From Nymphaea colorata (lineage: Eukaryota): a stretch of 64,000 nt of DNA. Positions within the stretch are counted from its first letter, which is position 1, and every line of letters starts with the position of its first letter. Where the stretch lies: contig NC_045138.2 of assembly GCF_008831285.2 (NCBI RefSeq), forward strand, positions 19,282,001 through 19,346,000, written 5' to 3'. The notes beneath the pieces were generated by a model. That model worked only from the letters and a program-made list of their open reading frames with translations. It did no database searches and had not been told where the DNA came from. Made by a program: the position numbers and the translations under genes. Positions 35,650 to 47,796 of this stretch are shown piece after piece.

Positions 35650-38600
35650 TTATATATATATACATTGTAGTCAGCAATCCAATCAACTAAACGATGAAAG
35701 AATATTTTGATGCCAAATAAGCACATTTTACGACGTAATGCATTTAACAATTGTTAAGAGCTAATACATGTCTCGATTCTCATCAATTAAGTTGGCAGCT
35801 GATTGAGCGCATCTTGATGATGACAAATACACGTAAAAGCCTAGTTTTGGATATCATCTAAAATGTCAAGTGATTCCTTCTTTCCCCCTTTGGGATGACC
35901 AAATGAACTCTGTCAACCATTTTGTTTAATTTTCAAAATAGTGCCGTCCGCTACTATAAGGTGAAGCGACAATAGTAATTAATATATGCTTTGTCATGAA
36001 AATGGAAGACTCTTAAGATTAAAAAAAAAAAAAAAGGATGGTTGTCTTTTAACACTTGGGGACTTAGATGGGTTAAGAATCGTTATTCATACATTGATCC
36101 GAATGTCCTCAAGCAAAGACAGATAATTGCTTAATTAAAAAAAGTTAACAAAAAATGGTTGCTTAGCTCGACCAAATTAAATCCATTATGGGCATTTATT
36201 AAAACATTGCTTTGATGTCTATGGCTTCTCGGTTCTCATCCTAAGGTAATCTAACATGTGTGAAAAGTCAAGTTGTTTCTAATTTCATATTTGTTTGTTT
36301 AGGCAATGTGTGTACGTATTGCCATGCGCCGAACTTCTTATTAAATTATGCTTCGCAATCTTTGAAGGTTAGTTTTATTTTCTGGAATATTTCGAGAAGA
36401 ATGTATATGGACACTTGTGACTTGTGAGGATCCAACCTGATGCCAACGGAAGAAGGTATTTAACGTGATTTTGACGTGTTTTTTTTATTCCCCATAAAAT
36501 TTGACTTTCTTTTTCTTTAGATATCGGCTTTTTTTCTTTTTTGGGGGAAAATGCACCTAGATGGTGGTATACGGAAGATGCATATATAATACAAGCGCAA
36601 GTCGTGGTCTTCCTATTCGTATGATCTCACACCTCCATATTTAATTGGCTATATATGCTGATCCGCATAAAACACGGTACTTTTTATTTATTTATTTTTT
36701 TTAAGGTTCGTTTTTTCGGCTGAAAATGCACCTAGATGGTGTGTCGACAAAGATGAATAATACGAGGGCAAGTCATGGTCTTTACGTGCATATTGATGAA
36801 TTAAGCATCCATTCTAATTATATATGCATAATACCTAGTTATTTATTTATTTATTTATTTTTGTTAAAGATTAGCATTTTCTTTCCCGTAAAAATGCACC
36901 TAGATGGTGCTATATTCCAGATGCATAATACAAGAGAAAGTGGTCATGGTCTCCACGTCCATATTTGCATATGAAAATGTTGCGTAGTTTGTGAGACCCA
37001 CTAGCACATTGAAGGGGAATAATTCATAGGATACCATGTTCTCTTTCGTGTGTTTGATATTTTCGTATCCCAAATCTATGAACTCAAATCTGTCACTCCT
37101 TTGAAATCTCTTTTTATGTTGGATTCACAAAATAAACAAACACTAGATTTCAAATGTATAGAAAAATGAGAATTTGAGATCTTCGGTATGTCCAAAGCCT
37201 CATATTTAAGATACAATGGATGCGGGGTTTGATCTCCAGTCCTCGAATCTGAGATCCTTAGACTATGTTTGATAGCCTTGGATTTTAAATCGGAGGCCCA
37301 CAGATTCTAAAACCATGGATATATTTGACTGTTTAAATAAGGTAACACAAATTTGATTTTCTAAACTGTGGATTTAACCTAATTATTGATTTAAAATCAG
37401 CCTTAGATCCCAAATCAGAGGCTATCAAACATGACCTTAGTGATCTCAATCATCTCATAGGTCGGATACAAAGTAAAAAGGGTTTGCTCGACTCCAAAAT
37501 AATTATTAAGACTTTTTCAACAGCAAACTGTACACTACTTTCAAATTATGTTTTTAGGTGAATCTTTTATTTACGGACAAAGAAGAGAGGAATCAGGAGA
37601 CTTTTTTAATTGATTATTTTAAGAAGGTTTTTAACTGGATTAATATTGTGTGCTTCATATACATTTCCGTTGTACTTCGACACACAGTCACTGTGTCTAG
37701 CGTTTGATCATTGGTCCTAAAAATAATGTCCACAATGACATTGTCTCCTGTTGCTAAGGGATTTCGAACGAGAATCCTTACTTCAGGCTCAAATAAATGG
37801 GATCAATACGGCTACAATGCGATCTCTGTGTACTTTACATGGCTTAATTGCACCACTCAAAAATGAATGTGCAATTTCTTACGTTAAAGTATACTTTTGG
37901 AAGGTGTATGTAATTGTACTTGATATGCTTTTATGGGTCGATTCATGGACATCCAAACTCACAGAGTGTTCCAACTATCAAATAACTTCTTACTTCAATA
38001 CTTCGGATCACGCCTTCTCCATGCTTGAATTTTGCATATCAATGTCTTCTTTTTACGACATTGAAAGTTGATGTTATCAAAGTTTGAAATAGAAAAAGGC
38101 CACCTACCAGTCCTCGCCTCGCCATTTGTGCCAACCTCTTCCAAGATGTGTTTATAAGGGAATATTATCTCTGCCAATTAGCTGGTTTTTTTGAAACTGG
38201 ACTTTATTGTGGTTTCTTTTTTTGTCATATTCCTAGTCTGGCCCCAATTCCACTGTATTTATTATTGACTTTTCTTAATCTGACATCCATATTTTAGCGG
38301 TGGTGGCCTCAGAGATCTTAAGTTCTAATTAATACCATTAACGTGCTTTCTAATAGAGCTGATTAGCAGCGGTGACAATTATATTTACAGTATTATTTTA
38401 TATTCATATATAATAATTCAGCTGTGCCAACCCACCCTTAGCATGACTCGTTATCAGGCCGCACTGGCCCGGTGCTCAGTCTCTACTTGGTGAAACGCCA
38501 CCATGGGAAGGAAGGCAGTGCGGCCTCGGTTCCATGAAAGCAAACCCACTAAATGGTGTGGTGGCCGGTGGAGAGATGCCGGACTACTACTGACTTGAAT

Positions 38601-40290
38601 GCTTGACCCTTGAGCATTTAATCTCTCTCATTTGTTTTCTTGGTGTTACCAGGTAAGCGCATCTAAATTGAACCCTTCCAAATTAATTAATTAATCTGTA
38701 CTTAAGCAGTGGCGGAGCCAAGAATTTAAGTACAGCTTCGATCGTTCAGCATCAGCATCATCATCTACCAAGTTGACCGCTGAGAATGGCCTTTAATAAC
38801 TAGTTTTGTTAACTCCAGCTTCTTACCAAGAAAGCAGAAATTGAGTTGCTCCATTATGGCCTTTTAAAGAGGCGTCAGATCAGGGGCCCTGGAATTTGCA
38901 TTTGAACGATTCGCATCGGCATTTTAGTTGCTCAACGGTTGGCTGCTTCAACACGGAAAGAAGATTTATTTGGTCAAAAATTGCAAATCTACAGCTATTA
39001 ATGCCCCAACCAGATAAGACATCTCGTCCATTTTAATTATTCAGAGACGCCTACGTAAGATATGTATAGATAATTCAAATCTGCGGCCTACTTTTGTGAC
39101 TGCAGGATACATTTTGTTTTTTTAAAGTTTAAACTATCACTAACGACGGGTTTTAGCGTTACAAAATATAAGAACACCATCCAACCATGGTTGTCAGTTG
39201 GCTGATTTCAATCTCTCTCTCTTATATCTACATACACAAAAACCAGGATCTATTGAAATTAATTATTAAGATGTTTTTCTTTTTTGAAATCTAACTTTAT
39301 AGATATGATCTTAAGAGTGACATGATGAAAACATATATTAAATTTGATGTTTTCTTAATTAAATAATGCTTTTTCAATTGTTAAAAAATGAACGGCTCTT
39401 ATAACACCAAATGTTTCAATTAAAAAACTTGCTAGTTGAGAGTGATGTCAAGTTTAATTTGCAACAAATCGGAAGCAGTGAGAATTTAGGCTTATAAATT
39501 AAGACAAAGCAGAATGTAACATGATAAATTCCAAAATACGGGTGTACATCGGTGGTGGAACCAGAAATTTTGGACTATAAAAATGAGTAAATCGTTCAGG
39601 TACCCATATGTAAAATCAAGGCTTTGTAGGCTGGTATGACTAATGCCAAACATACATCTCACATGTTGGTTCACTATTGCTGTACACAAGTCAAGTGAAG
39701 TTCGGGCACGCCAATTCAAGCTTCCTTCGACTCATATATTACTAGACTCAAGCTCAGCTCGCAAAATAAAACTAGCTTAACTCATATATGTGTGTAGCCT
39801 CCAAGGCTGTACTATAACTAGGCAGCAAGGCAACTCACATCCAATGGGTCTAGAGTTCGAATCTATGCATTGAAAGTTCAACGAAACCCCGATGCAAACA
39901 AGCATTTTCATAAAACTGCAGCAGCAGCTCGGCTTTGACTATTACTACATCTGACTCAATTGTTAAGTACTACGATTACAGCCACTCGCACGACATGCAT
40001 ATGGACCCTCCTCGTGCACATTCATAGTACTAATGATGACCATTTACAAATTTGTTTGAGTTTTTTATTTCTAAAGTGATGGTTTTTTTTTTTTTTTTTT
40101 TTTTCTGTTGCAAAACTCCTGGCGCCCTCCTCAAGGAAATTCTTGTCATTGCTTAATTTGCCCTTGTCCTGCAAACCTGGACTCGCCTTGTCATTGTTTA
40201 AGAGTGTTTGAATGACAATTGAAAATGGGTATGTGAAAAACCTGGTTTTGCCTTTAAAACCTTGTTTAATTGGGTCATCTAATTACGCGG
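35650..40290 (+). repeat. ~4.5-kb segmental duplication (paralogue ~48540-52990)
   Basis: Co-linear shared runs from tagtcagcaat.caatcaactaaacg through ttccgttgtacttcgacaca, ggttccatgaaagcaaaccca and cagtggcggagccaagaatttaagt to gtttaagagtgtttgaatgacaattgaaaatggg. Confidence 0.9.
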
Positions 40291-41352
40291 AACTTCTCTT
40301 CTCTGCCACCACCTTTGGGAGAGAATTTTGAAGCAAGTTGGAAGGGTAGCCTTATTTGCATTTAGATTACCTGAACATTATTTTGAAACATAATCACAAA
40401 TAACGTCTCGGAGTTTTAAACGGTGATGTTTTTCTCATATATATATATAATACATGTGAGCTTGAAAAATACAAGAAAACTAAAAATGAGAAAAAATAAA
40501 ATAAGTGAGAAAATAATAACATAAACATAGAAAATGTCTATAGTTGATATAAACCAAAGCTGCTTTGCGGACTCGTTTGAAAATTCTCATCCTGAACAAG
40601 AAGCTTCTTCCTTCAACAATCTTCTGCCAGTTCTATTCCATGGTCACGAGAAACGAGCCAGGCCAACTCGATATGCAACAAGATTCATGCACTTTTCCGT
40701 CAAGTGAAAGCAAAGACGGGTAATAATTATAAAGCTGTGGTAGTTTTTGCTCCCGGTTTGGCTAAGACGCAGATAGAGCAATATTGCTGCGACGACTTAA
40801 CAGATGCGGACGGCCAAAAGGGGGATGAGGAAAATTGCGCGCTGCCTCTCAACTCCGAGCAGTTTGTGCTCGATAACCAGAACTTTCTATAGTTGACAAG
40901 GAAATTTTGTATAACCGTACAATTTAAACTGATTCCAAATCCCAATCCCAATCGGATCGATTGACATTTATTTTGTTCGAGTCTGATCCGAGTTATTATT
41001 AATCGCATGTCAAAATTGTTTAGGTTATCCTATTTTTGTTATACAGTTTGGTCAGATATCGGATGTCAATAAGATTTCCTATGCACAAGGTCTTAATATT
41101 TTAGGACTTGGGATTGCATTTGCTGTTTGTATTTGAGTTATATCCAGGTGTGAATTTCCCACAAAACATACCAACAGAAATATAAATATTGGCAGATTGA
41201 AGGTAATAAACTCTTGAGTAGAGTACAAAAGGAGGGAAATCATAAAAATAATCTCCTACCTTGATGACACCCTTACGGCCTTGCGCATTCGCCCAACTTC
41301 GGCAAGGCAGAGGAAATAAATTATGCCGTGAAATTCACGATTCCCATCACAC

Positions 41353-41448
41353 ATAGTTTTTTGGAAAATGTGACACTTGACTAAGTTTAAACCACTAGCT
41401 ATAGTTTTCTGGAAAATGTGACACTTGACTAAATTTAAACCACTAGCT
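41353..41448. repeat. 48-bp tandem duplication
   Basis: atagtttt(t/c)tggaaaatgtgacacttgactaa(g/a)tttaaaccactagct occurs twice. Confidence 0.9.
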
Positions 41449-42890
41449 AGCCTTTTTTCTCTTCTAAGCCTTAAAAGATCGAATCATATGTATATATATT
41501 GGGCAAGGGGACTTTAATGAGGCTCTTTTAAACTATTGACTTGAGTCAAGTCCTCTGGCCCTGACCCTTGGGTTGAAACCAACGGACTAGAATTGCCATC
41601 ATTAATGATTCAGTACTGAGAAATTGTCTGTTCGCGTTAATGTATAAGAACCATTATTCCCTCCAAAAGAAACTCTTGAACTCTTCAAATATTTGGTAAA
41701 AACGTGAAAGGGCTAATATATAAATAAAGTAAATGATTACAAGATATGAATATTTATGTAAGGAAATTGCATGGGTTCGTTACGAGTTTTTATTGTCACT
41801 AAATTTTGGATACATTATCTTAAATACTTGGGCATCAGAATGCTGGATATTTAATATCAGATAGTTTTTAGGTGGAACAAAAGTTAGTTCCACCTTTCAT
41901 ATATCATGTCTTATTGTCTTATTTGATGCGTGTTTTAGTTACAGCATTTGTTTGCCTGATAAGCTGTGCAGTTGAAAGAAGAAAAAAACGGAAAAGGGAA
42001 AATGCATGCTCTAATGGCTGAAAAACAATGGGCAGACCATAATGGACGAGAAACAAAGGGAACAAAAGACCTTTTTTTTCCACCGCTGAATTTTATCGTA
42101 CCAATTGCCCTAAAGACCATACCGTTATTTGTCCTATAATGAAACTCTCAAAGTCAAGTCTCCCAATAAACAAAAAAAAGTTCCAAAGGAGCAAAAAATT
42201 TCGGATGGTAATTGTAACATCCAATTCATTGGAAACAGCCAGCATACTTTGTTGGCTTTTTATTGATTTCCTTAATTTGTTTTTGATTTGTTCTAGTTTT
42301 GTGCTCTTTAAATTTTAATTTTAATTTGAACATAGTTCACAAGTAATTCTGGTTTCCATTCACTGCAGTCAATTTTCGAATCTTCTTTGGAGACTGATTC
42401 ATTCGATTCTGGAACACATTTAAGACCTTTAGTTCGGAACCGAAGGGACTGGTAGGGGTGGGAAGAATGCATTTATTATGAACAGGTTCGGGTTAGAATT
42501 ATGTGAGCGTGGTCAAAAAATAAGCAGCGCGTGCACTAACGTGTCTACTAATTATGTGAATACTGAAGCTTCTGCATGCCGTACTACTAAACCTTCCATG
42601 ATGACTTTTCAAAGCATTGAGTTTGCTTTTTGGAGACGTCAAAGATGACTTCTCGATCCGTCATGTTTTAAAAGCAATGTGCCTCGTTGATAAACTAGAA
42701 TGCGCAAAGGTAGAATGCGCAAAGGTATGCCTCTTTCTGTCACCACAGTTTTTTGGCGACTCTATGATCACCTCTAGAATCGCTTTGTGCACACAAATAT
42801 CTGTTTTTTGGTGTTTTTTTTCATGCTGGCGCAGCACTTGGAGTCATGAGTTCGAACTGATCTCCAATTTCTTTGCAGAGGACGTCGGTC

Positions 42891-45800
42891 ATGGTGCTTG
42901 ATACTAGGAAAAGCTGCAAACCCTCGAGGTTGGCTCCCTCGATCGCAAGAACATTGGATTTACTGCTATTACTTTCTTTATTGAGCAGAATAGATGGAGG
43001 TGCAACGGGTGCTTCTTCATGTCTCGGCAGTGAAGCCTCCATCCTGCTGCGTATCAAGGAGGGTCTCCACTTGTCTAATGGAAGGCTAAGTTCATGGGGC
43101 GGAAATGAGTCTAACTGCTGCTTGTGGGAGGGAGTTGAATGCGATCCCCAAACTGGACGCATCATCGGCCTTCAACTTCGTGGTAGAACTACCAGTGAGA
43201 GTACTCCTCGTGTTATCTTGGATATTGATCCTGAATTGGAATGGCATGACTACGGTGTGCTTAAGGTCAATGGTCATGCAGACCCTCGTGATATTTCAGG
43301 ATCAAGAGTACCTCCGGCTCTTTTTGAGCTCCACCATCTCCAGCGCCTTGACCTCTATGGCTGTGACTTCAATGGGTCTGCCATACCTTCACAGCTTGCC
43401 CAGCTCACCCACTTGACCTCTCCCATGCTTGGTTTTCAGGTCAGGTTCCTTGGGAGATTTCAAAATTGTTCAACTTGGTTTCCTTAGACCTCTCCTACAT
43501 TTCACGCTTATATTTTGATGTCCATGAAACTACGTTCCATCTTTTTCCACTATATGACCTAGCATTAGAGGATCTAGAAGGTTTTGTGAAGAACTTTAAG
43601 CATTTAAAATACCTCCACTTGGATTATGTTCTTATCGAACTGCGTAACTCACAAACGTGGAGCATCAGCTTGTCAGCGGCATTGCCCAATCTATTGTCCC
43701 TCAGTTTAGTTTCTTGTCATCTTCATGGCAGTATTTCTCCTCATATTTTCAGGCTCCCACATCTTCAAGCTCTTGATCTATCGTACAATAATTATCTAAA
43801 TGGAACATTAATGCCATCGTTTTTTCCCCCAGAGAGCAATCTCCAATCTCTACGTCTTGCTCTAACCAGCCTGTCTGGCCACATACCAACTGAAGTGTTT
43901 GAGCTTCCACTCTTGAAGGTTCTTGATTTGACTTATAGTACTGACTTGAGTGGTCCTTTGCCTACCAAGTTACCAAAGAGTAAGCTCCAAATTCTTAAGC
44001 TCTCTAACATTATGTTGTCAGGAGGCTTTCCAAGTTGGATTGTTAACCTTACATCCTTAGTTGAGCTGGATCTTTCTCGTACTGATCTCTCTGGTAGCTT
44101 ACCCATCACAATTGGTAACCTTAGATGTTTAAGGTCATTGGATCTTTGGTCAACAAATTTGTCTGGCAACCTCCCCACCACAATAGGAGATCTTACAGCT
44201 TTGACACACTTGGATCTTCATGGTACTGGTCTATCTGGCAACCTCCCTACCACAATAGGAGATCTTACAGCTTTGGCACACTTGGATCTTTCTTATGCTG
44301 CTCTATCCGGCAATCTTCCTATCACAATGGCAAACCTTACAGCTTTAACACACTTGTCTCTTTCTAGCACCCCTTTCTCAGGTAGTGTTCCTTTTATGCT
44401 AGGAGGACTTACAACCTTAATTCACTTGGATTTGAGCGGCTGCAACTATACAAGCATAGACTCCTCACTCTTTGCCAACCTCACCCACCTAACCTACCTT
44501 GATCTTTCTGGAAACATGTTCAGCGGCTCATTACCATCCTTACCTTACCATCTCCGTAGTGCCCATCTCAATGACAATAATTTTAGTGGCCCAATCCCAA
44601 ATTCATACAGCCTCCTTAACATAGAAATATTAGACCTTTCTAGAAACTCAATGACAGGAACTCTTCCTTCTAGTTTAACACATGGTCCATCTTTCATGCA
44701 ATCCCCAATTCAATACCTTGACCTTTCTAACAACAAGTTTCATGGCTACCTTAACCTCGGAATTTTTGCACACTTGAAGAACCTTTACTTTTTATCACTT
44801 TCAAAGAATAATTGGACTGTAGATGTTCACGACCCAACCCTCAAGTTTCCAAGCTTACAGGAGCTGAGGTTGGTCTCATGCAACATCAACCAGCTCCCCC
44901 AATTCCTTCTTCACCATAAACCCATTGAGACCTTGGACCTCTCAAAGAACATGATCTTTGGGGAAATTCCAAAATGGTTAAGACTTTCTAGGTCTTTGAT
45001 CATCTCCTACAACAAGATTACAAGCATTGAAGAAGAAATTTTTCTCAACATTGAGAAACTTGACTTGAGCTACAACATGTTGAACAGACTTCCAAAATTT
45101 CTTTCCCCTAACAGAAGTTTCTTTGACAACATGGAGTACTTTTCAGTCAAGAACAATAGTGTCACGGGAGAAATACCAACTTCCTTGTGCAACTTCACTA
45201 TGCTTTTATCACTAGACTTGTCGAACAACAAGTTGAGTGGGCAAATACCTGATTGCCTCTTTCATATGGATTTGGTTGAAGTCAAGCTCCAGAACAATCA
45301 ATTGCAAGGTCAAATCCCAGAATTTGATTGTCAGACACGAACTGAATTGAAAACACTGGATCTAAGTGCTAATAGGTTTGTGGGTTATATCCCGACATCC
45401 CTTGGGAACTGCAAAAATCTTGAATTCATAAATTTAGGATACAATAAATTGAGTGGTGAATTCCCTTCGTGGATTGCAAAACTTCCACAACTGAAAATTT
45501 TTGTGCTAAAGTCCAACTCGTTGAATGGTGCTATCAACTTCACCGTCGACAAGAATATGTTCCAAGAATTGCTTGTGCTCGACATCTCCACCAACCAATT
45601 TACTGGAAAATTTCCACTTGGCTTGTTGCTAAGTCTCAATGCAATGAAGTCTTTCAGCCCCGAATCTGTCATCCCTTTGCATTTCATGAGTCGTTATTCG
45701 GAAGGATGGGGGGGAACAATTGGCAGCAAAGAATCAGAGTTGACTGATGGTTTTTATGAAGACTGGGAAGTGACATTGAACACCAAGGGGATAAACTTGA

Positions 45801-46369
45801 CCTATGAAAGGGGAATGCTTTCAATCATGAAGACAATTGAGATCTCCAACAACTACTTTGAAGATGAGATTTCAGAAGAAATTGGAGATCTTGAGGGCCT
45901 CCAAGCACTAAGGATTTCAAATAACAAGCTCAAAGGCCCAATTCCCAAGAGCATTGGTGCCCTGACACATCTGGAATCGTTGGATCTATCTCATAACTAC
46001 CTCTCAGGTGAAATACCAGAAGAACTTAATGCACTCAATTCTCTTGGGTATCTGAATCTGTCATACAATAATCTTTCTGGAAGAATCCCTCAGTCGCCAC
46101 ATTTTTCCACATTTGGTGCCCTAAGCTTTGAAGGGAATCCTAGTCTTTGTGGGCCACCACTTTCACTGGGTTGTGATGCCAATAACGGTGCCACATTGTT
46201 TCCTTTTGTTGGATTGGGAAAAAGAGATGAAGAGACAATGTGGAAGTACATATCAATGGGATTAGGTTTTGGGGCAGGCTTTGGCACCGCAATCAGCTTT
46301 TCATATTTCTTGAATAATGGGAGGGGATTCAACAGCTTTTGGAGAAGATGCTACTGGTCATGTGCTTAA
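42891..46369 (+). pseudogene. LRR receptor-like protein copy 3 (one frameshift, otherwise intact)
   Basis: N-terminal frame from ATG 42891 (signal-like segment, cap). A 10-bp deletion at ~43417 (ttgac|ctctccc versus ttgacccatcttaatctctccc in copy 2) shifts the frame. Then 967 uninterrupted codons of LRRs, island, C3, TM and tail. Confidence 0.88.
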
Positions 46370-47461
46370 TCTAGATACATAAATAAGTTTGAAGGCTTGT
46401 TTACATAATCAAGAGGGCGACACAGGTTTTCGAGGGACGGCTAATCCTCTTTCTTATTGTTGCAAGGCGTCTGGCTCAGGAAGTTCTCAAAAATAAAGCA
46501 GTCCACTTTGTTCATTGGGAAGGTCAACTCTGTGCTTTGTAGTCAGTCATCTTTAGTTAAAAATAAGAACCACGGCATGTTCTCATGTATTTCATATTGT
46601 TATGCAATGTGACCTTTTTATTGTGGAAAACTTCTCTTCTTGTTTCACGTATTGACTTGTTTATGGACACTGCAGTAGGACCTGTTTGGTTAGCCCAAAT
46701 ATCAAAGAATCGAACATTTAAAATAGAAAAGCTAATTTTTTTAACGTTATGGCATTTGGGCAAAGAACCAGAAAAGTAAAAAAGCGATTTTCTTTGGAAA
46801 TAGGTGGTCAGTTTCTTGAAAAATAGAAAAAAAAGTTTTCGTTTTAGAAAACCTAAGAACAAGAGCACAACTTTCTTCTATGTTGCTTCCACTGTCCTCT
46901 TTTTTCTTTGGTAATTCTTAGGAACCATGTCACCGACTCACCAACCATCTTATGGTGTGTGATTTGTGAATGACTAAGAGTTGGCCCTTTTAATCTCTGC
47001 TTGACCAAGAAAGGCTGGGAATTAAATGGGCACCTTCTGTTCAGTATCTGCTTTCTATATATTATCATCAACAAATTTATTATTAGTAATGATATAATAA
47101 ATTAATTTAATTTAATAAATTTATTATTAGTAATTAATCGGATATTAAATTAAAAGTTATGGTTTCAGGTCCCTCCTTCGCGTATTTTATAACTCTTTCA
47201 TCTTTCACTGCTCGCTCTCCAATGCAACATAAATGGGATGTTTGGATGGCTCTGTAAAACGAAGTTTAGATTATTATATAGTATTTGGATGCCATCAAGG
47301 CTGTACTAAGGGAAACTCTGCCTGGGCAAAACCAAGGAAGTGAAATTTCTGCAGGTTATCCATAAAAACTGTGTCATATAAAAAAATGAAAAAAGAAAAC
47401 CATGATCTCGTTTCATTAATGTTCATTGAGTACTTCATTTTTATAAATCCAAGTTTTCATA

Positions 47462-47796
47462 AAAAAATCTTCGATTTTTTCCGGAAACAGATGATTATTC
47501 ATCTGCTTTTCACGTTCCGTGAATGGCCGGGACATTGAGGAATATCCAGAAGGGTATTTCGGGAATCGATCTGATTCTATCTCTGTTCATTCCGTTTGAA
47601 GAGAGGAAGGATCCCAAAGAATCAATCTTTCTTTTAGTTGCGGAATCTCTGTTTGATTGATCAATGTGTGATATTCTGAATCCTCATTCCTAATGGAATC
47701 GAAATGATCTCTGGATTGATCAGAAGATCCTTTCAATTGGCTAGAATCCGTTACTTGAACGAAAATAGATCTTGTGGAATCATATTGAATATTTGA
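47462..47796 (-). other. ycf2: Nuclear plastid DNA insertion (NUPT), ycf2 fragment ~335 bp
   Basis: Minus strand encodes [109 protein letters not shown], recognisably plastid Ycf2. Absent at the paralogous site 19001-19020. Confidence 0.93.

Noticed and set aside
40600..41008. Overlapping 62- and 93-aa ORFs in a slightly GC-richer patch
   Set aside because: No recognisable domain or splice structure; cannot be supported as a gene.
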